A model generated the notes under the pieces. That model saw nothing but the letters and a program-made list of their open reading frames with translations, did not search any database and was not told where the DNA came from. From an uncultured Gemmatimonadales bacterium (GTDB taxonomy: Bacteria; Gemmatimonadota; Gemmatimonadetes; Gemmatimonadales; GWC2-71-9), in contig CAWHFW010000002.1 of assembly GCA_963828735.1 (NCBI GenBank), forward strand, positions 768,001 to 832,000: a stretch of DNA of 64,000 nucleotides, in the 5' to 3' direction. The translations under genes were made by a program, and so were the position numbers. Position 1 is the first letter of the stretch. Each line of letters opens with the position of its first letter. Shown in pieces: positions 60,935 through 64,000 of this stretch.

Positions 60935-61571
60935 ACCTCCGTGCGATGATCAAGCCGAACACGATGTGGAGCGCGCCGAACCCGGCGGCCATGAACGCAT
61001 TGCCCCAGATTGGCGGACCGAACAGGGCGGCGGCGCCGAGCGCCATGAAACAGAGACCCATGAGCGGGACGACCCGCACCGAAAAGGCGCCACCAGTCAC
61101 GACGCCCGTACCGTACAGCAGGAGCCACGTCCCGGGTAATGCCGACCAGAGCCCTGCGCGCACCAGCACACCGGTGAGCAGCGCTCCTACCAGCAGCGGC
61201 GGCACGTAGCTCAGCACGAACCGCCGCCCGGAATAGGAGAAGACCGTGGTACCTGCCCGCCGCGCCTTCGCCGCCATCGTCCACCCGCCAAGGGTGAACG
61301 CCAGGACCGAGGTCGCGAGCCAGGTCACGAGCCACTCGGTGGGTGTGAGCCTGGTCTCGGCCACTGCCGCGGCGCCGAGCGCCAGCACTCCCATCCCAAC
61401 CCCGCCCCACCCAGGGACGGCAGTGAAGGCGGTGGCCCGCTCCATCGTCTGCCGAATGAAGCTGAGGTTGTCCATGGCCCGGGCGTGGAGGGCCGGGTCT
61501 TCGGTGGGGCGGGTGGGCACGCGTTGGGGAGAGGCCATGGCCTTCACAGTAGGGGCGCGAGTCGCTTGCAT
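60924..61571 (-). CDS. Hypothetical membrane protein (about 6 TM)
   Basis: AMDNLSFIRQTMERA followed by hydrophobic helices, ending FGALHIVFG; overlaps the regulator start. Confidence 0.85.
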   Translation of the reverse strand: MQATRAPTVKAMASPQRVPTRPTEDPALHARAMDNLSFIRQTMERATAFTAVPGWGGVGMGVLALGAAAVAETRLTPTEWLVTWLATSVLAFTLGGWTMAAKARRAGTTVFSYSGRRFVLSYVPPLLVGALLTGVLVRAGLWSALPGTWLLLYGTGVVTGGAFSVRVVPLMGLCFMALGAAALFGPPIWGNAFMAAGFGALHIVFGLIIARRYGG

Positions 61572-61574
61572 CAA

Positions 61575-61612
61575 GTACTTTACAGTATAAAGTACGCTCT
61601 GGAATCCGTCAA
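61575..61612 (-). promoter_or_regulatory. Sigma70 promoter overlapped by a palindromic operator
   Basis: TTGACG-N17-TATACT on the minus strand; perfect inverted repeat GTACTTTA-N5-TAAAGTAC (61575-61595) covers the -10 and start site. Confidence 0.85.
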
Positions 61613-61634
61613 CCTGCCGGCTCCCCTACCCTCT

Positions 61635-61964
61635 TCAACTTCCCTCGACCACCACCGCGGTGCCGTAACAGAGTACCTCGGTCACTCCCTGCATCAGCTC
61701 GGTCGCGTCGTACCGGATGCCGATGATCGCGTTTGCCCCCGCGGCCTCGGCGTGCTCCACCATCATCTCGAACGCTTCCAACCGGGTCTTCTCGCAGAGC
61801 TCGGTGAACAGGGTGATGTTCCCGCCGAACAGCGTCTGCAGCGAGCCGCCGATCGTGCCGAAGATGTTGCGCGAGCGGACCGTGATGCCGCGGACGACGC
61901 CGAGCGTCTGGACGATGTGATAGCCGTCCAGTGTGAAGGCGGTCGTGGTGAGTCCGTGATCCAC
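61635..61964 (-). CDS. YbjQ/UPF0145 family protein
   Basis: [33 protein letters not shown]. Confidence 0.9.
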   Translation of the reverse strand: MDHGLTTTAFTLDGYHIVQTLGVVRGITVRSRNIFGTIGGSLQTLFGGNITLFTELCEKTRLEAFEMMVEHAEAAGANAIIGIRYDATELMQGVTEVLCYGTAVVVEGS

Positions 61965-62414
61965 TCAGGCGCTCCGGAGGTCGGATGTGCAGTGCGGGCA
62001 GCGGCTCGCGGCGACCGGAACCGCCATCCGGCAGAAAGGACAGTCCTTCGTGTTCGGTGCCGCGGCCTCTTGCGGCTGCATCCGGTTGGCTGCCCGGACG
62101 ACGAGGAAGATGGCGAAGGCGGTGATCAGGAAGATCAGCACCGCGTTGAGGAAGAGACCGATGTTGATCGTGACGGCGCCGGCGGCTTTGGCGTCGGCCA
62201 GGGTGGCGTACGGTCCCGCGCCCTTGGCCCCCTCCTTCAGAACCAGGAACAGGTTGGAGAAATCGACGTTGCCCAGGACCAGGCCGATCGGGGGCATGAT
62301 GATGTCGTTGACCATCGAGTTGACGATCGTGCCGAACGCCGCACCGATGATGACGCCGACCGCGAGGTCGAGCACGTTGCCGCGCATTGCGAACGCTTTG
62401 AACTCTTTCAGCAT
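61965..62414 (-). CDS. mscL: Large-conductance mechanosensitive channel with a C-terminal CPxC...CPxC motif
   Basis: [28 protein letters not shown]; tail CPFC-x10-CPHC. Confidence 0.95.
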   Translation of the reverse strand: MLKEFKAFAMRGNVLDLAVGVIIGAAFGTIVNSMVNDIIMPPIGLVLGNVDFSNLFLVLKEGAKGAGPYATLADAKAAGAVTINIGLFLNAVLIFLITAFAIFLVVRAANRMQPQEAAAPNTKDCPFCRMAVPVAASRCPHCTSDLRSA

Positions 62415-62604
62415 GCATCACCTTGCGTTGAGGAAGGGCTTGGCTCCAGGGGCATGCCACTGATATAAGGTCGGCGCGGTCCGCCGGGAAGTGCGGCGCG
62501 TGTGCCGACGCACGGGAAGCTGGCCTCCTCACGCGAGCGGGGGACACGACGTTGGTCGTGCCCCCCGCGCACACCCAGGATGGCCGCCTGTTCGCCGTGG
62601 CGCC

Positions 62605-63825
62605 CTACCCTGCGACCGCCATCTCGCCGTCGACCACCCACGGCCCATGGCCTCGTGCCTCGATGCAGCGGCGCTCGAGGTCGGTGAGGACGTTCATGAA
62701 CGCCACGAACGCATCGTAGGGCGACTGGTGCGGGTTGAAGTACTTGTGCACGTCGCCGTCCGCGAACCACTTGGTGCACATGTAGTAGCAGTGATCGCTG
62801 GTGGTGAGGCGGCGCCATGCCTCGAGGCGCGACGGATCGCCGAGTGCGCGGATGTCCGGGCCGAGCCGATAGAGGCGCTCGAACGCTGCCCGCTGCATCC
62901 GATTGCCGAGCCAGGCGCTGGTATCGCGATCGAGATCGGCCCATGATGTGGTCGTAGGAAACGACAGGGTCCCCACCGGCGGACGGGCGGCGAGGGTGGA
63001 TGGATGGACGCAGGCGGTGTTCCGTCGCGCGAGCGCGTCGGGGAGCGCCTGGAGGAAGTCGAAGATGCCCGTCTCCGCCCACTGGTGCTCCCCAAACGTC
63101 TCGTAGTCCATGAAGACGTGCACGCTCGACTCGGCCATGCGGGCGATCCAGTCGCACCACTTGTCCGCGGTGAGCGGCCACCCGTCCCAGTCCCGATTCG
63201 AAAACCGAAAGCCAAGGTCGTCGGTGATGCGGTAGTTGCGCGGGAGCAGTCTGAGGGTCGGCGCGGAGGCGGCCGCATACACGTAGTTGGGCGATCGCCA
63301 GCCAAGGGCCCGCTCGGCGCCTTCGACCAGCATCGCCGCGTAGCCGAGTCGCGCCACCATCGGCGCCAGATCGTCGTCGTAGAGCAGCTCCGTATTCCGG
63401 AACACGGTCGGCCGCTGGCCAAAGTGACGGCCGATGGCCGCGCGGTGCTGCTCCACCTGGATCAGGAACTCTGCCGGATCCCGAAGGCCGCTCAGGCTGT
63501 GATGGAAGGTCTCGCCGAGCAGCTCGACGCCCCCGGTCGATACCAGGTCCTGAAAGCTCGCGAGCGCATCAGGGGCGTCGGACTCGAGCTGGTCCAGCAG
63601 GACGCCGCTCAGGCTCATCGCGACCCGAAATCGGCCGTCCGACCGGCGGATGGCCTCGGCCAGCAGCCGGTTGCTGGGCAGGTAGCACTTGTCCGCGACC
63701 CGACGGAGGATGGCGCGGTTGGCATCGTCGTCGAAGTACCCGGCGGCGGTGCCGATGTCGAATACCTTGAATGGGCGCAGCCGGTACGGCTGGTGAACCT
63801 GGAAATAGAAGCAGATGTCAGGCAT
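62605..63825 (-). CDS. Glycoside hydrolase family 57 (alpha-amylase-like)
   Basis: FQVHQP, ETFHHSL, FRNTEL (nucleophile E), MDYETFGEH (acid/base D), SDHCYYMCTK. Confidence 0.92.
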   Translation of the reverse strand: MPDICFYFQVHQPYRLRPFKVFDIGTAAGYFDDDANRAILRRVADKCYLPSNRLLAEAIRRSDGRFRVAMSLSGVLLDQLESDAPDALASFQDLVSTGGVELLGETFHHSLSGLRDPAEFLIQVEQHRAAIGRHFGQRPTVFRNTELLYDDDLAPMVARLGYAAMLVEGAERALGWRSPNYVYAAASAPTLRLLPRNYRITDDLGFRFSNRDWDGWPLTADKWCDWIARMAESSVHVFMDYETFGEHQWAETGIFDFLQALPDALARRNTACVHPSTLAARPPVGTLSFPTTTSWADLDRDTSAWLGNRMQRAAFERLYRLGPDIRALGDPSRLEAWRRLTTSDHCYYMCTKWFADGDVHKYFNPHQSPYDAFVAFMNVLTDLERRCIEARGHGPWVVDGEMAVAG

Positions 63826-64000
63826 CGGAGCTCCGTAGCTGTCCAGCGGGTCGAGTGACCGTCGTTCGCACGGGCTGATCGGCGCTGGCGATGCGGACGT
63901 CGGGTGGGCCGCCTTGGTCGGGTCGCGGTGCGGCTGAGGCTATTGGGGCGGAGGCCGGCCGACGGCTCCGCACTGCCCGCCGGGCCGTCACGCTCGGGGA

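Overview
This is a GC-rich bacterial chromosomal segment; gene content and style suggest a Gemmatimonadota-like organism (inference, not verified). I found no rRNA, tRNA, CRISPR array or transposase. Left to right: (1) a surface-polysaccharide-modification region (GT4, AA5 copper radical oxidase, carbamoyltransferase with SxtJ/SxtK-like partners, SGNH hydrolase); (2) a complete nurA-herA-mre11(sbcD)-rad50(sbcC) DNA end-resection cluster with an overlapping GNAT, sharing an overlapping divergent promoter with a LuxR-HTH gene; (3) housekeeping genes (aminotransferase, a DEAD-box-derived pseudo-helicase, HU, tdk, coaE, gcvH, gcvP, lipoate ligase, peptide ABC transporter); (4) mixed stress and accessory genes; (5) a ~17 kb island (40139-57132) with four copies of one ECF-sigma-like promoter (GGAACC-N13-CGG-C[A/G]TT), two RsrA-like zf-HC2 anti-sigma genes with no intact adjacent sigma, and a glucosidase/aquaporin/GMC/VOC/glucose-dehydrogenase/lactonase gene set; (6) an operator-controlled membrane protein-wHTH-uppS-membrane protein operon, ybjQ-like, mscL and a GH57. 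Block 5 is the best candidate for an undescribed system. Two single-base insertions (a DppC-like permease and an M55 peptidase) are probably sequencing errors. All family calls come from motif recognition by eye; no searches were run.
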